Assembly: GCA_045863395.1 (NCBI GenBank)
Contig: BTVJ01000012.1
Span: forward strand, 1 to 64,000
DNA length: 64,000 nt
Reading direction: 5' to 3'
Source: Myxococcales bacterium
GTDB lineage: Bacteria > Myxococcota_A > UBA9042 > JABWCM01 > BTVJ01
The notes beneath the pieces are model-generated. The model was not told the origin of the DNA, did not search any database, and saw only the letters and a program-made list of their open reading frames with translations. Made by a program: the position numbers and the translations under genes. Shown here one piece after another: positions 26,639-39,103 of this stretch. The first letter of the stretch is position 1; the number at the start of each line of letters is the position of its first letter.

Positions 26639-28119
26639 GGCTCGGTCGGGGCGTGGCGCGCGACGCGCAGGAGGCGCAGGTCCCCATCCTCGGCGACAGG
26701 CTCCAGGGACCAGCCAACCCCTTGCTCGGGGATGTGCCCCGGTGGCGCGTCGGTGAGCACCCAGTCGGCCAGGGGTGCTGTGCGCTCGACGAAGCGGGCC
26801 GGCGTGGAGCCGGCCGAGCTCGCCACGGGCTCCCGCCACCTCACGGGCATGTGCGGGTGCCCGTACTGCCCGATGACCGCGCCCCGACGCTCGGCCTGGA
26901 ACCGAAAGGCGTCGTTGGCGACGAGGGTGCGGGCGACGGGCGAGCGTGGGTCGCTCGCGTAGGACACGGCGTTGAGCAGCACGGCCCCCGCGGGCACGCG
27001 GGCGAGCAGCCGCTCGACGGGCGCGGGCTTGGCCCCCCAGGAGACGAGGGAGGCGAGGAGCAGGGAGCCCGCGAGCAGGGCCCCGATGGGGGGGATCAGC
27101 AGCAGGCGGCGGCGCCACCCGTCGAGGCTGACCCCGAGGGCGACGGGCAGGAGCAGCGCAACTGGCAGCAGAAAGCGCTCCGCGAGCTGGAAGATGGGGG
27201 GCGCCGCGACGTGCTCTGGGAGCGCGAGGGCGAGGCCGAGCACGACGGCGCTGCCAACCGCGTGGCCGCGCCAGGCGGTGGAGGTCCGGCGGCCGATGGA
27301 GAGGACCGCGGCGCCCAGCGACACGAGGACGGCCACCGTCGCCAGGTCCGTGTCCACGGACGACGCCATCACGTCGACGACCCGCCCCAGCGCGAGGCCG
27401 AGGCGGGTGAGCGGCCCCTCACGCCAGGAGAGGCCCCGCGCGGCCTCGCCCGTGAGCGACGTGACCACGGTGAGCGCCGCCGCGGGCGCGGAGAGCAAGG
27501 CCACCCGGACCGCCGCCCGCCAGCCCCGGCCCACGAGCGCCGCGACCCCGCCACAGAGCGCCGCGACGACGAAGCCGAACGCGTGGAGCCCATAGGTCGC
27601 AAGGAAGAGGGCGGCGGTGCGCCAGGAGGGGCGCCCGCTGAGCGACGCGAGGGTCAGCAGACACAGGGGCATGGAGGCCATGAAGGGCACGTAGGCCATC
27701 ACCACGGGCACGCTCAACAGGAATGGCGCGCAGAGGGCCGCGCCGGCGCGGGGGAGCCCGACGGCGCCCAGCAGCCGCGCGAGGGCAGCGGGAATCGCCG
27801 CCACCGACACGGCCAGGAGGAGCCGCTCTGCGCCGACGGGCCCGAGGAGCAGCCCGAGCGGCCACGCGACCAGCTCGTAGAGCCAACCGTGGACGGGCCA
27901 GGGGTTGGCGCAGAGCAACGGGTCAGTCCCGGCGATGGCAGCCCCGACCGCGTCGCTGAACGCCGCGCGGGCCATGAGGTCCTGAAACGGGAGCCGCGTG
28001 GGGAGGAGGATGCAGGCGGCGGCGATGGCCGTAGCAGCCACGGTGGCAGCGACGACCAGGAGCTCCGTGCGGTCGTGGGCGGCCCTGGCCGGCGGCGCGT
28101 CCCCCAGGCCGTGGGTCAC
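26632..28119 (-). CDS. Polytopic membrane protein (possibly GT-C-like)
   Basis: Many TM segments, LPFQD loop after TM1; GTGA overlap with the upstream gene. Confidence 0.65.
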   Translation of the reverse strand: MTHGLGDAPPARAAHDRTELLVVAATVAATAIAAACILLPTRLPFQDLMARAAFSDAVGAAIAGTDPLLCANPWPVHGWLYELVAWPLGLLLGPVGAERLLLAVSVAAIPAALARLLGAVGLPRAGAALCAPFLLSVPVVMAYVPFMASMPLCLLTLASLSGRPSWRTAALFLATYGLHAFGFVVAALCGGVAALVGRGWRAAVRVALLSAPAAALTVVTSLTGEAARGLSWREGPLTRLGLALGRVVDVMASSVDTDLATVAVLVSLGAAVLSIGRRTSTAWRGHAVGSAVVLGLALALPEHVAAPPIFQLAERFLLPVALLLPVALGVSLDGWRRRLLLIPPIGALLAGSLLLASLVSWGAKPAPVERLLARVPAGAVLLNAVSYASDPRSPVARTLVANDAFRFQAERRGAVIGQYGHPHMPVRWREPVASSAGSTPARFVERTAPLADWVLTDAPPGHIPEQGVGWSLEPVAEDGDLRLLRVARHAPTEPQ

Positions 28120-29579
28120 ACGGCGCTCCTGCGCCGCAGCCACGAGACCACCACGAGCAGGGCGAGCCACGCGACCGGTGCCCCGGTGCCGCAGCCCTCG
28201 CCGGCGCCCCCAGCGGGGGCCGTGTCAGCCCCGGGGGCGTCCCCCGATGCCACGTCCGCTGTGGTATCCGCGCCCCCCGTGTCTCCCTGGGCGGGCCCAG
28301 CGTCGGGCTGAGTGGGCCCCGCGTCCTCGTCGGGCGTCACGACCGGGGGCTCATACGGCGTGACTCCCCGCACCCGGACGCGGTAGGCGGGCCCGTCCTC
28401 GTCCACCTCCCGCACCTGGTCGATGCGGATCCCCGAGTAGCTCCCGTCATACCAGTTGGAGTTCCAGTAGACGGTCTTCGCCTTGGCCGCGCTCTGCTGG
28501 TCGCCCGTGTAGTTCGGCAGGAACTCGTCCCCGGGGCGGAACAGGCGCGGCTCCGCCTGATTGTTGGTCGGGCGCTCGTTCATGATCAGGGGGTGCCAGG
28601 GTGGGTAGTTGGACTGGGCGATGATCGGGGCCTCCTTGTTCTCGTCGACGTGGTAGACGGCGACCCCGTCGAGCCCCACGTCCACGGTCGAGTTCCCGAA
28701 GGTGGCCTCGCGCCGCATCTCCAGAAGGAAGTACTCCTTCGGGTCCGCCCCCATCACCCGGACGACCTGCTTGGACGAGGTCGCGGGGCGCAGCAGCACG
28801 TCCATCAGCTCGCCGGGCGGGACGTCCAGCGCCTCCGCCCACCCGATCTTGAGGCGGCTCTGGGCGTCGAGCATGCAGTCCGAGCACCAGCTCATCATGG
28901 AGAAGCGCAGATCGAAGTTGTAGAGGTCGGCGAAACCGAGCAGGTGACCGAACTCGTGGAGGATGGTCTCGGCGTCCGTGTTGGAGATCGCGATGGCCCC
29001 CACGGTGACCCCGTCCCACACGTTGGCGGGCTTGCCGTCCTCGTCCTTCAGGAACGGGTAGATGGGGGGCGCGATGCCGCCGGTGTAGTTGGGCACGAGG
29101 AAGATGATGCCGTCGCAGAAGCCGTCGGGCTTCCCGTCCGGCCCGTTCGTGTCGTACTTGGTGAAGTCGACGCCCAGCTCGCCATCCAGCCGCTCGAACA
29201 CCGCCCGGACCGCCTCGATGGCAGAGAACCCGTTCTGCGGGGTGAACTCGCACTTCGGGTTGTTCGGTGCGGGGCAGCTGTCGAAGTGGACGACGGGAAG
29301 CACGTCCACCGTCACGTCGAAGGCACCGTAGCTGTTGATCTGCCAGTACTTGCGGAACGAGTACTTCGCGCCGTCGGAGTTGTCGAAGAACGTGTCCAGA
29401 TGGGCGAAGTCGGCCGTCATGCCAAACTCCACCGGGACGACCAGCACCCGGCTCTTGCCGAAGTGGGGCACCTTGTCGAGGCCGATGTCTCCGTTCTTGA
29501 ACTGGTCGCCGTACTTCTCGACCCCGGCCTGCGCCGTGGACACGAGCAGCGTAGCCGCGAGAGCCGCGAGGCGCCTCAT
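28116..29579 (-). CDS. M6 (immune inhibitor A)-like zinc metalloprotease with MYXO-CTERM-like tail
   Basis: Signal peptide, [28 protein letters not shown]-terminal GEGC...hydrophobic...RRR. Confidence 0.85.
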   Translation of the reverse strand: MRRLAALAATLLVSTAQAGVEKYGDQFKNGDIGLDKVPHFGKSRVLVVPVEFGMTADFAHLDTFFDNSDGAKYSFRKYWQINSYGAFDVTVDVLPVVHFDSCPAPNNPKCEFTPQNGFSAIEAVRAVFERLDGELGVDFTKYDTNGPDGKPDGFCDGIIFLVPNYTGGIAPPIYPFLKDEDGKPANVWDGVTVGAIAISNTDAETILHEFGHLLGFADLYNFDLRFSMMSWCSDCMLDAQSRLKIGWAEALDVPPGELMDVLLRPATSSKQVVRVMGADPKEYFLLEMRREATFGNSTVDVGLDGVAVYHVDENKEAPIIAQSNYPPWHPLIMNERPTNNQAEPRLFRPGDEFLPNYTGDQQSAAKAKTVYWNSNWYDGSYSGIRIDQVREVDEDGPAYRVRVRGVTPYEPPVVTPDEDAGPTQPDAGPAQGDTGGADTTADVASGDAPGADTAPAGGAGEGCGTGAPVAWLALLVVVSWLRRRSAV

Positions 29580-30052
29580 CGGAAGATCACGTCCACGATC
29601 TCATACTCCCGGTCGCCGCCCGGGGCGCGCACGGTCACCTCGTCACCGCGGCGCTTGCCGATGAGCGCCCGCGCGATGGGGGAGCTGATGCTGACCTTGG
29701 ATGCCTTGGGGTCCGCCTCGTCCACCCCGACGATCTGGTAGGTGACCTCGTCATCGGTCGACAGGTCCAGGAGCAGCACCGTCGCGCCGAAGACCACCTT
29801 GTCGCCGGTGAGCGTGGACGGGTCGATGACCTGCGCGCGGGCGATGCGATCCTCGGTCTCCCGCATCTGGACGTCCAACATGGACTGGCGCTCCTTGGCG
29901 GCGTGGTACTCGGCATTCTCCGAGAGGTCGCCGTGGGCCCTGGCCTCCTCGATGTCGCGGATGTTCTTGGGGCGCTCGAACTCCTTCAGGTACTTGAGGC
30001 GCTCCTTGAGCTTCGCGAAGCCCTCTACCGTGATCGGGACCATGTCTGCCAT
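29576..30052 (-). CDS. greA: Transcription elongation factor GreA
   Basis: [17 protein letters not shown] and [10 protein letters not shown]. Confidence 0.97.
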   Translation of the reverse strand: MADMVPITVEGFAKLKERLKYLKEFERPKNIRDIEEARAHGDLSENAEYHAAKERQSMLDVQMRETEDRIARAQVIDPSTLTGDKVVFGATVLLLDLSTDDEVTYQIVGVDEADPKASKVSISSPIARALIGKRRGDEVTVRAPGGDREYEIVDVIFR

Positions 30053-30113
30053 GGGAAACCCTCGTGGGCCCGCTTGGCGCGTGCCGCCTGGAGTGAGTGT
30101 GCCGTGCCGCGGT

Positions 30114-30848
30114 CTACTTGCGGCGCACGACCCCTGTGCCGTCGATGAACATGTTGTCGGGGATCACCTCGGCCAGCTCACTACGATGGTGGCCCATGTC
30201 GATGCCCCGGTCAACGAGGATTGTCCACAGCGTGTTCTTCACGCGGCTGGTCTCCTCGGGATCGAGCAGCTTCCGCAAGACCACCGCCGCGACCCGGGGA
30301 TCGGCGGTCTCGCAGAGCGCGTCGAGGGACTGGACCCGCACCTCCTCGTGGGGGTCGTCGACCAGCTCCACCAGCTTGTCCAGAGCCCGAGGGTCTTCCA
30401 GGTACTCCCGCAGGTTGGCGACGAGCTGCTCCTTGCGGTCCATGTCCGCGTTGTAGCCGTGCTCGACCCCCTTGAGCGCGCCCAGGAGAGTGTCCACGGC
30501 TACGGTCGCCCCGGCGATCTCGGTCAGGGCCCGCAGCGGCCAGTAGACCGCGTCCTGGGTCGAGATGAAGCGCTGGATGGGCTCGACCGCTACGTCCCCG
30601 AGCTGGATGAGCGACCGGAACACCATGTTCTTCTCGTCCTCGTCGACGATGGACCCAGGCGTCCTCATGGAGAAGCGGCCCAGCATGGCGAACACTGCCT
30701 CGGGCGTCCCGATGTCGGTCAGCACCTCGATCTGGCGCTTGCGCTCGTCTGTCTGGTGGTGCGGGTTCTTCAGCTTCTTGGCGGCGCGCTCGATGGTCTT
30801 CGCGCGCTTCGTGTCCGAGCTGCCAAATACGCTGTCGAGAAAGCCCAT
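30114..30848 (-). CDS. HEAT-repeat protein
   Basis: Helical repeats ([17 protein letters not shown]); start MGFLDSVFG with GGAGGG RBS. Confidence 0.8.
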   Translation of the reverse strand: MGFLDSVFGSSDTKRAKTIERAAKKLKNPHHQTDERKRQIEVLTDIGTPEAVFAMLGRFSMRTPGSIVDEDEKNMVFRSLIQLGDVAVEPIQRFISTQDAVYWPLRALTEIAGATVAVDTLLGALKGVEHGYNADMDRKEQLVANLREYLEDPRALDKLVELVDDPHEEVRVQSLDALCETADPRVAAVVLRKLLDPEETSRVKNTLWTILVDRGIDMGHHRSELAEVIPDNMFIDGTGVVRRK

Positions 30849-30937
30849 GGGTCCCTCCGGGGAGCTGCGGGTGCGGCCACCTCCGTTCAGAAGGCGCGGG
30901 AATCTACCACAGGCGCCCTGACCCCACAAGGCGCGGT

Positions 30938-30967
30938 TTGACACACCCTCCGGCGCTCTCCTATCCT
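30938..30967 (+). promoter_or_regulatory. Putative sigma70 promoter of maf-yggS
   Basis: TTGACA-18bp-TATCCT. Confidence 0.6.
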
Positions 30968-31000
30968 CCCGCCGCACCCGCTGCGTAGAAGGAGCGCCCC

Positions 31001-31651
31001 ATGGCCATCCAGGTGATCCTCGCCTCGTCATCCCCCCGCCGCAAGGACCTGCTGGAGCAGCTCGGCTTCGCGGTCAAGGTGATCCCTGCCAACGTGGAAG
31101 AGAAGCGGCGCGATGGCGAGGAGCCCGAGATGTACGTCAAGCGGCTGGCCCGCGAGAAGGTCCTCTCGGTCGTTCAGCGGGTGCAGGCGACGCAGACCCC
31201 CCAGTCGGAGACGGCCCGCGCCCTGCGTGGCGCCCAGCGGGACGAGCCCGCCCGCTGGGTCGTGGGCGCCGACACGGTGGTCGTGCTCGACGGGCACATC
31301 TTCGAGAAGCCCGCGGACACCCACGACGCCTTCGAGATGCTGCTGCGTCTGGAGGGGCGGCAGCACGAGGTCATCAGCGGCTTCTGCGTATACGACCTCA
31401 AGAAGAACAAGGAGGGCTTGCAGGCGGTGCGCACGGGTGTCACCTTCAAGGCCATGTCGAAGACCGAGATAGAGCGCTACATCGGGGTGGGCGAGGGGGC
31501 GGACAAGGCGGGCGCCTACGCCGTGCAGGGCGTCGGCGCCTACATGGTGGAGCGCCTCGACGGCTCCTATACCAACGTGGTGGGTCTGCCGCTGTGTCAG
31601 GTGGTCGAGATGATGCAGGAGATGGGGGCCAACGACCTGCTCCCGTTCTGA
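31001..31651 (+). CDS. maf: Maf family nucleotide pyrophosphatase
   Basis: ILASSSPRR, GADTVV, DKAGAY, NVVGLP. Confidence 0.95.
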   Translation: MAIQVILASSSPRRKDLLEQLGFAVKVIPANVEEKRRDGEEPEMYVKRLAREKVLSVVQRVQATQTPQSETARALRGAQRDEPARWVVGADTVVVLDGHIFEKPADTHDAFEMLLRLEGRQHEVISGFCVYDLKKNKEGLQAVRTGVTFKAMSKTEIERYIGVGEGADKAGAYAVQGVGAYMVERLDGSYTNVVGLPLCQVVEMMQEMGANDLLPF

Positions 31652-31656
31652 CTGCC

Positions 31657-32355
31657 ATGCATGATGACGCCCTCGCGGCGAAGATTCAGGCTGTCCGCGC
31701 GCGCATCGCGGCCGCGTGCGCGCGCGTCGGACGCTCCCCCGACGAGGTCACGCTGGTCGGCGTCACCAAGACCCACTCGGCTGCGGTCGTGAGAGGCGCC
31801 CACAGGGCCGGGCTCCTGGACCTGGGCGAGAGCTACGCCCAGGAGTGGCGACTGAAGGCGGACGAGACGGCCGACCTGGAGCCCGCCGTCCGCTGGCACT
31901 TCATCGGGCACCTCCAGTCCAACAAGGCGCGTGTGCTTGTGGGGCGGACTCACCTGGTCCACTCAGTCGACCGGGTGTCGGTGGCGGACGCCCTGGCGGA
32001 GCGGTCGGAGCGCAGCGGCGTGGTGACCCGCGTGCTCATCGAGGTCGGCGTGGCCGGAGAAGCGCAAAAGAGCGGGTGCTCCCCCAGCGACCTGCCCTGG
32101 CTCTCCCGTCATGTGATGGCGTCCCCTGGCCTCGAGCTGTGTGGTCTGATGACCGTCGCCCCCGACGTCGAGGACCCGGAGGAGGTGCGGCCCGTGTTTC
32201 GAGCCCTGCGCCAGCTCCGGGACCGGCTGCGCAGCGAGGACCCGCGGGGGGCGGTCACGGAGCTGAGCATGGGGATGTCGGGGGACCTGGAGGTCGCCGT
32301 GGAGGAAGGGGCGACCCTCGTGCGCGTCGGCACGGCGCTGTTCGGCGTCCGATGA
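31657..32355 (+). CDS. yggS: PLP homeostasis protein
   Basis: GVTK, GESYAQE, WHFIGHLQSNK, LSMGMSGD, VRVGTALFG. Confidence 0.95.
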   Translation: MHDDALAAKIQAVRARIAAACARVGRSPDEVTLVGVTKTHSAAVVRGAHRAGLLDLGESYAQEWRLKADETADLEPAVRWHFIGHLQSNKARVLVGRTHLVHSVDRVSVADALAERSERSGVVTRVLIEVGVAGEAQKSGCSPSDLPWLSRHVMASPGLELCGLMTVAPDVEDPEEVRPVFRALRQLRDRLRSEDPRGAVTELSMGMSGDLEVAVEEGATLVRVGTALFGVR

Positions 32356-32978
32356 ACCCGCTGGCGGAGCTTCCCCGCGCCCTCTCGGACCTGTACGGCA
32401 CGGACCCCCGCGGGCGGTGGATGCTGCAGCGCGCGGGCCTGCCCGGTGCTCCCGCGGACGGCCACGAGGCCCTGGCGATCTGGACGCAGGTCACCCTGAC
32501 GGCCATGTTGCGGGGACGCCTGCTCCCGCTCCTGACCGCCGTGCTCCAGGACCACCCTGATCACCCGGTGGTCGTGGCCGCCATCCTCGAGGTCCAGACC
32601 CGCATCGTGCGACGGCGGCGGCGGCGCCTCGCCTGGTTCTTCGGAGTCGGGATCCTGATGGGGGGAGCGCTCGCAGCCCTCGTGGAGCTTCCGCGGGCGG
32701 GGCGCGTCGAGGGGCGCGTGCTCGGACTGCCCCTGGATCTGGCAACAGAGGCCACGGTGCGCATCGATGGCTGCCTGCGCGCCGAGCCCGTATCGCCGAA
32801 CGGCGCCTTCGCCCTGTCGTGCCCCCGCCTCGACAAGGACGTCGATCAGGTCCTGGTGTTGGAGGTGGCTGGGGCTGTGGGGGAGGCCCCCCTGCCCTCC
32901 GGGGTGCTCACGAGCTCCCCACTGCGGGTCGCGTTCTCCCCCCGGGGAGCCCGCCTGCGCCCCCCCGGGCTCCGCTGA
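32352..32978 (+). CDS. Membrane protein with EAD1-like N-terminal domain
   Basis: ATGA overlap with yggS; helical N-terminus (ALSDLY...AGL...W...A...GRL..LL..V..DHPDHP), RRRRRR then one TM, beta-rich C-terminus. Confidence 0.6.
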   Translation: MNPLAELPRALSDLYGTDPRGRWMLQRAGLPGAPADGHEALAIWTQVTLTAMLRGRLLPLLTAVLQDHPDHPVVVAAILEVQTRIVRRRRRRLAWFFGVGILMGGALAALVELPRAGRVEGRVLGLPLDLATEATVRIDGCLRAEPVSPNGAFALSCPRLDKDVDQVLVLEVAGAVGEAPLPSGVLTSSPLRVAFSPRGARLRPPGLR

Positions 32979-32994
32979 CCGTCGCGGAGGTGGG

Positions 32995-34038
32995 CTAGAG
33001 CCCCGTGCAGTCCTGGTGCTGCGACGAGCAGTCGTGGTTCTTCGCGAAGTCCTTGCAGGCGAAGTCCGGCGTGGTCCCGCAGGACTGCTCCAGGCACGCC
33101 CAGTAGCGGGCCGCCGCGAGCTGATCGTGCAGCTTGGCCTGCCCGAGGCATGCATAGATGCAGGCGTCATTTCCCTCGCAGGGGAGGACGCAGTCATCGA
33201 AGACCGCGATGCAGGTCTTGGTGCCGGCGGGGGCGCAGGTCTCCGCCTGAGACTTGCACGAGGCGGCGTCGCCGATCTTGTCCAAGCGACATGACTGCGT
33301 GACCGGCGAGGGGCACTTGCCGCCGAGGCAGCTCTGAAGGGCCTCGAACTGGCCCTGCGCCGCGCCATCGCCCAGGTAGCCACAGCCGTCACGGCAGTCG
33401 GCGGTCCCGCACATGAGGTCGCAGTACCAGATGTGCGCACAGGTGCCATCGCCCGCCGTGCATGCATCGAAGGAGTCCGCGCACTTGTCTGCGAGGCAGG
33501 GCGCGAGATCGTCGCCCGTCGCCGTGGAGCAGTTGGCGGTGTAGCAATCGAGCAGCGCGCTGAACTCGGCGCCCTCCGCCTCGTTCTTCGCACCGCCGAT
33601 GCACCCGGCGATGCAGGCGCCATCCGCGCTGTCGCAGCCGAGGGCGCAGAGCATCACCTGGCCGCAGACCATGCCCTCCTCCACCGGCGGCGTGGCCGTG
33701 TCCGCCGTGCCGCCGGTGTCCGTCGTGCCGCCGGTGTCCGTCGTGCCGCCGCCGGTGTCCGTCGTGCCGCCGCCCGTGTCCGTCGTGCCGCCCGTGTCCG
33801 TCGTGCCGCCCCCGGTGTCCGTCGTGCCGCCGCCCGTGTCCGCCGCGCCGCCGCCGGTGTCCGCCGTGCCGCCGCCGGTGTCCGCCGTGCCGCCCGTATC
33901 CGCCGTGCCGCCCGTGTCCGCAACCGAGGCGTCGCCGCCTCCCGACGTGTCGTCGCCGCTGTCGCACGCCGCGCCGCCGAGGGCGACCATCGACCACACC
34001 GCCGCGGCGCCGGCAATCCGAATGAATCCGCTCTTCAT
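32995..34038 (-). CDS. Cys-rich lipoprotein with DTGG linker
   Basis: GAAC lipobox, 11 DTGG(G) repeats, repeated CxxxC helical units; GAGGAGG RBS favours ATG 34038. Confidence 0.85.
   Translation of the reverse strand: MKSGFIRIAGAAAVWSMVALGGAACDSGDDTSGGGDASVADTGGTADTGGTADTGGGTADTGGGAADTGGGTTDTGGGTTDTGGTTDTGGGTTDTGGGTTDTGGTTDTGGTADTATPPVEEGMVCGQVMLCALGCDSADGACIAGCIGGAKNEAEGAEFSALLDCYTANCSTATGDDLAPCLADKCADSFDACTAGDGTCAHIWYCDLMCGTADCRDGCGYLGDGAAQGQFEALQSCLGGKCPSPVTQSCRLDKIGDAASCKSQAETCAPAGTKTCIAVFDDCVLPCEGNDACIYACLGQAKLHDQLAAARYWACLEQSCGTTPDFACKDFAKNHDCSSQHQDCTGL
33697..33921 (-). repeat. 18/21-bp coding tandem repeat (T-[AT]-DTGG[G])
   Basis: Units such as gtgtccgtcgtgccgccg read directly. 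Confidence 0.9.
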
Positions 34039-34214
34039 GAACATCCTCCTCAGTGTCGTCCCCGGTCACCGGGGACGTTGGGCTCCATATGTGCGAAGAG
34101 CCCGCCGGGAGACGCGCAGTCGCGCGCTCCGGCAGGCTCCCTTGGCGTCATGGAGGGCCGGCCCGTCCTCCCGGCGAGGTCGCTCGGTCGGCAGGGTCGG
34201 CCCCGGGCTCGCTC

Positions 34215-35933
34215 CTACTGGCAAACAGAGGCGTCCGCGCAGTCCTCGTCGTCGCAGTCGGTCTTCTCGTCTCCGTCGTCATCCTGGCCATTGTCGCAGA
34301 TCTCGTCCGGGATGCAGGCCGGGAACGCTGCGCAGTCGGTGTCGGCGCAGTCGATGGCTCCGTCGCCGTCGTCGTCCGTCGTGTTGTCGCAGATCTCCGC
34401 CACGACCTTGCAGGTCGCGTGGTCCGCGCAATCGCTGTCGGCGCAGTCGATGGCGCTGTCGCCGTCGTTGTCGATCTTGTCCGTGCAGTTCTCGACGGGA
34501 GCGACGGTGTAGCCACAGGCGGTCGCCTCGGCCGCGCACTCGTTGGCCAGCGAGGCCTCCACGCACGCGGTCGTGATCGCGTCCGCCGTCGTGCCGCAGG
34601 CGCCGATCGCGCAGGCGAACACGTCGCTCACCGTGGCCAGCGCGGCGGCGCTCATGTTGGTGAGGCAGCCGTCGATGCAGGTGGAGGCGTTGTTGCCGAA
34701 GCCGCCGCAGCCGATGATGCAGTCGGTCGTCGTGTTGCAGCCCTCGGCGCCCGTCCAGTCGACGCCGCAGGAGCCCATCACGTCGGAGCACGCCAGGAAG
34801 GAGGCGACCAGGCAGTCAGTGCTGTCCGCCTTGCCATCGTCGTCCGCGTCGCACAGGCCGAAGCGGCAGCCGTCCCAGTTGAACAGGTCGTAGGCGCCCT
34901 GCGACGAGAGGCTGCGGATGCAGTCGCGCTGGCAGTCCTGGTCACCGGTCGGGCAGTCCACGTAGCAGCCGAAGAAGCCCTCGGCGCAGGTGGCATCGCC
35001 GTTGTAGAGGCACTGGGTGGCCTCGGGCAGGCACGCGTCGAAGTAGCAGGACGACAGGTCCTCCTCCTGCGACAGGCCCTGGCACTCGGCGGTCGTACAG
35101 TCGACGAGCGCCTGCTTGTTCGCCTTCGGGTCCTTGCTCGGGGGGGTCGTGTCGCCGCAGCCGAAGAAGCAGCCCGCATACTCATTGAGGCACTGCCCGA
35201 CGTAGCACGACTCGAAGGCGTCGCCGCTCACCTGGGCGCAGTTGGCGCTCAGGCACTGCTGCCAGTTGCCCCAGGCGGTCTGCGTGTCCAGGGTCAGCTC
35301 GCCCAGGCACCCGTTGTAGCAGTCCTGGTCGCCGTAGCAGGTCTGGAGGCACGGGCCCGTGCCCTCGCCCTCGGGGCAGTCGACGCCGAGGGTGCAGTCG
35401 CAGCCGACCTCGATGAGGCAGACGTACATGTTGTTGCAGGTCTCGGGCGAGTCGTCGCAGACGGCAGCCGCAGCGCAGTCCGAGTCGTCGCAGTCGACGT
35501 CCCCGTCACCGTCGTTGTCCTTCTCGTCGTCGCAGTCCTCGACGCAGGCCGGGCTCGTGGAGCAGTCGCTGTCCTCACAGTCGATCTTGCCGTCGCCGTC
35601 GTCGTCCTTGCCGTTGATGCAGTTCTCCTGCGTGCCGGTGCCGCCGCCGTCGTCGCCACCGCCGACGTCGGTCCCGCCGGTGCCGCCCGTGTCCGTGGTG
35701 CCGCCGCCCGTGTCCGTGGTGCTGCCGCCGCCCGTGTCCCCGGCAGTGGCACTGTCGCCGCCGCCGCCCGTGGTGTCGGAGCCGCCGGTCGTGTCCGAGC
35801 CGCCGCCGCCGCCGTTGCCGCCCTCACCGCCGTCGTCCGAGCCGCAGCCCGCCGTTGCCAGCGCCAGGGCCGCCATCAGCATGATGGCGGTCGAGCCGAG
35901 GCGCTTCGCCGCGTTCATCGCTCTCATCTTCAT
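34215..35933 (-). CDS. Cys/Asp-rich lipoprotein
   Basis: TAGC lipobox, Gly/Thr linker, five E-x-C-x4-D-[ND]-D-G-D-x3-D-C-x-D-x-D-C repeats around a CxxxC-rich core. Confidence 0.85.
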   Translation of the reverse strand: MKMRAMNAAKRLGSTAIMLMAALALATAGCGSDDGGEGGNGGGGGSDTTGGSDTTGGGGDSATAGDTGGGSTTDTGGGTTDTGGTGGTDVGGGDDGGGTGTQENCINGKDDDGDGKIDCEDSDCSTSPACVEDCDDEKDNDGDGDVDCDDSDCAAAAVCDDSPETCNNMYVCLIEVGCDCTLGVDCPEGEGTGPCLQTCYGDQDCYNGCLGELTLDTQTAWGNWQQCLSANCAQVSGDAFESCYVGQCLNEYAGCFFGCGDTTPPSKDPKANKQALVDCTTAECQGLSQEEDLSSCYFDACLPEATQCLYNGDATCAEGFFGCYVDCPTGDQDCQRDCIRSLSSQGAYDLFNWDGCRFGLCDADDDGKADSTDCLVASFLACSDVMGSCGVDWTGAEGCNTTTDCIIGCGGFGNNASTCIDGCLTNMSAAALATVSDVFACAIGACGTTADAITTACVEASLANECAAEATACGYTVAPVENCTDKIDNDGDSAIDCADSDCADHATCKVVAEICDNTTDDDGDGAIDCADTDCAAFPACIPDEICDNGQDDDGDEKTDCDDEDCADASVCQ

Positions 35934-36041
35934 CGCTTCACTCCGTCCGGTTGAAGAAGACCCAAGAAAATCAACCACAACCCGCGGCCACCTGCGCGGC
36001 GTTCACCGGGGGCCTGGCGTCCAGGCATCGACAAGGGCGGG

Positions 36042-36070
36042 ACGCTAACCAACAAATTCCGTCCCGTCAA
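36042..36070 (-). promoter_or_regulatory. Putative sigma70 promoter of the Cys-rich lipoprotein genes
   Basis: Minus-strand TTGACG-17bp-TAGCGT. Confidence 0.55.
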
Positions 36071-36248
36071 GCATCTATGCGCCTTGAAGCGTGCAGGCCC
36101 GTTCGATTTCTCTGGTGCTGGGCCTGCACCCCTTCATGCACGAAGCGTCTTTGTCTCACAGCACGTCCAGGGCTTGAAGGGATCGATCCTTCCAGGCGCC
36201 ACTGCTCCCCGATCTCGCACCCAGTCCGTGCGGATTCAACGCCCCCTG

Positions 36249-36277
36249 TTGACGGCGTCCCCCCCGTCACCTAGCCT
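36249..36277 (+). promoter_or_regulatory. Putative sigma70 promoter of the 36309 radical SAM gene
   Basis: TTGACG-17bp-TAGCCT. Confidence 0.55.
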
Positions 36278-36308
36278 GCCGGGCCCACGGGATCCCTACG
36301 GAGGCACC

Positions 36309-39068
<2,760 letters not shown>

Positions 39069-39103
39069 CGCGAGCCCGGTGCCCGCGCCCCGGCGCCCGC
39101 TGC

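Noticed and set aside
24251..27118. N-terminal part of the 1474-aa minus ORF, suggesting a giant transpeptidase fusion
   Set aside because: Antisense to the Slt gene; the real gene starts at 24250 with an RBS and signal peptide.
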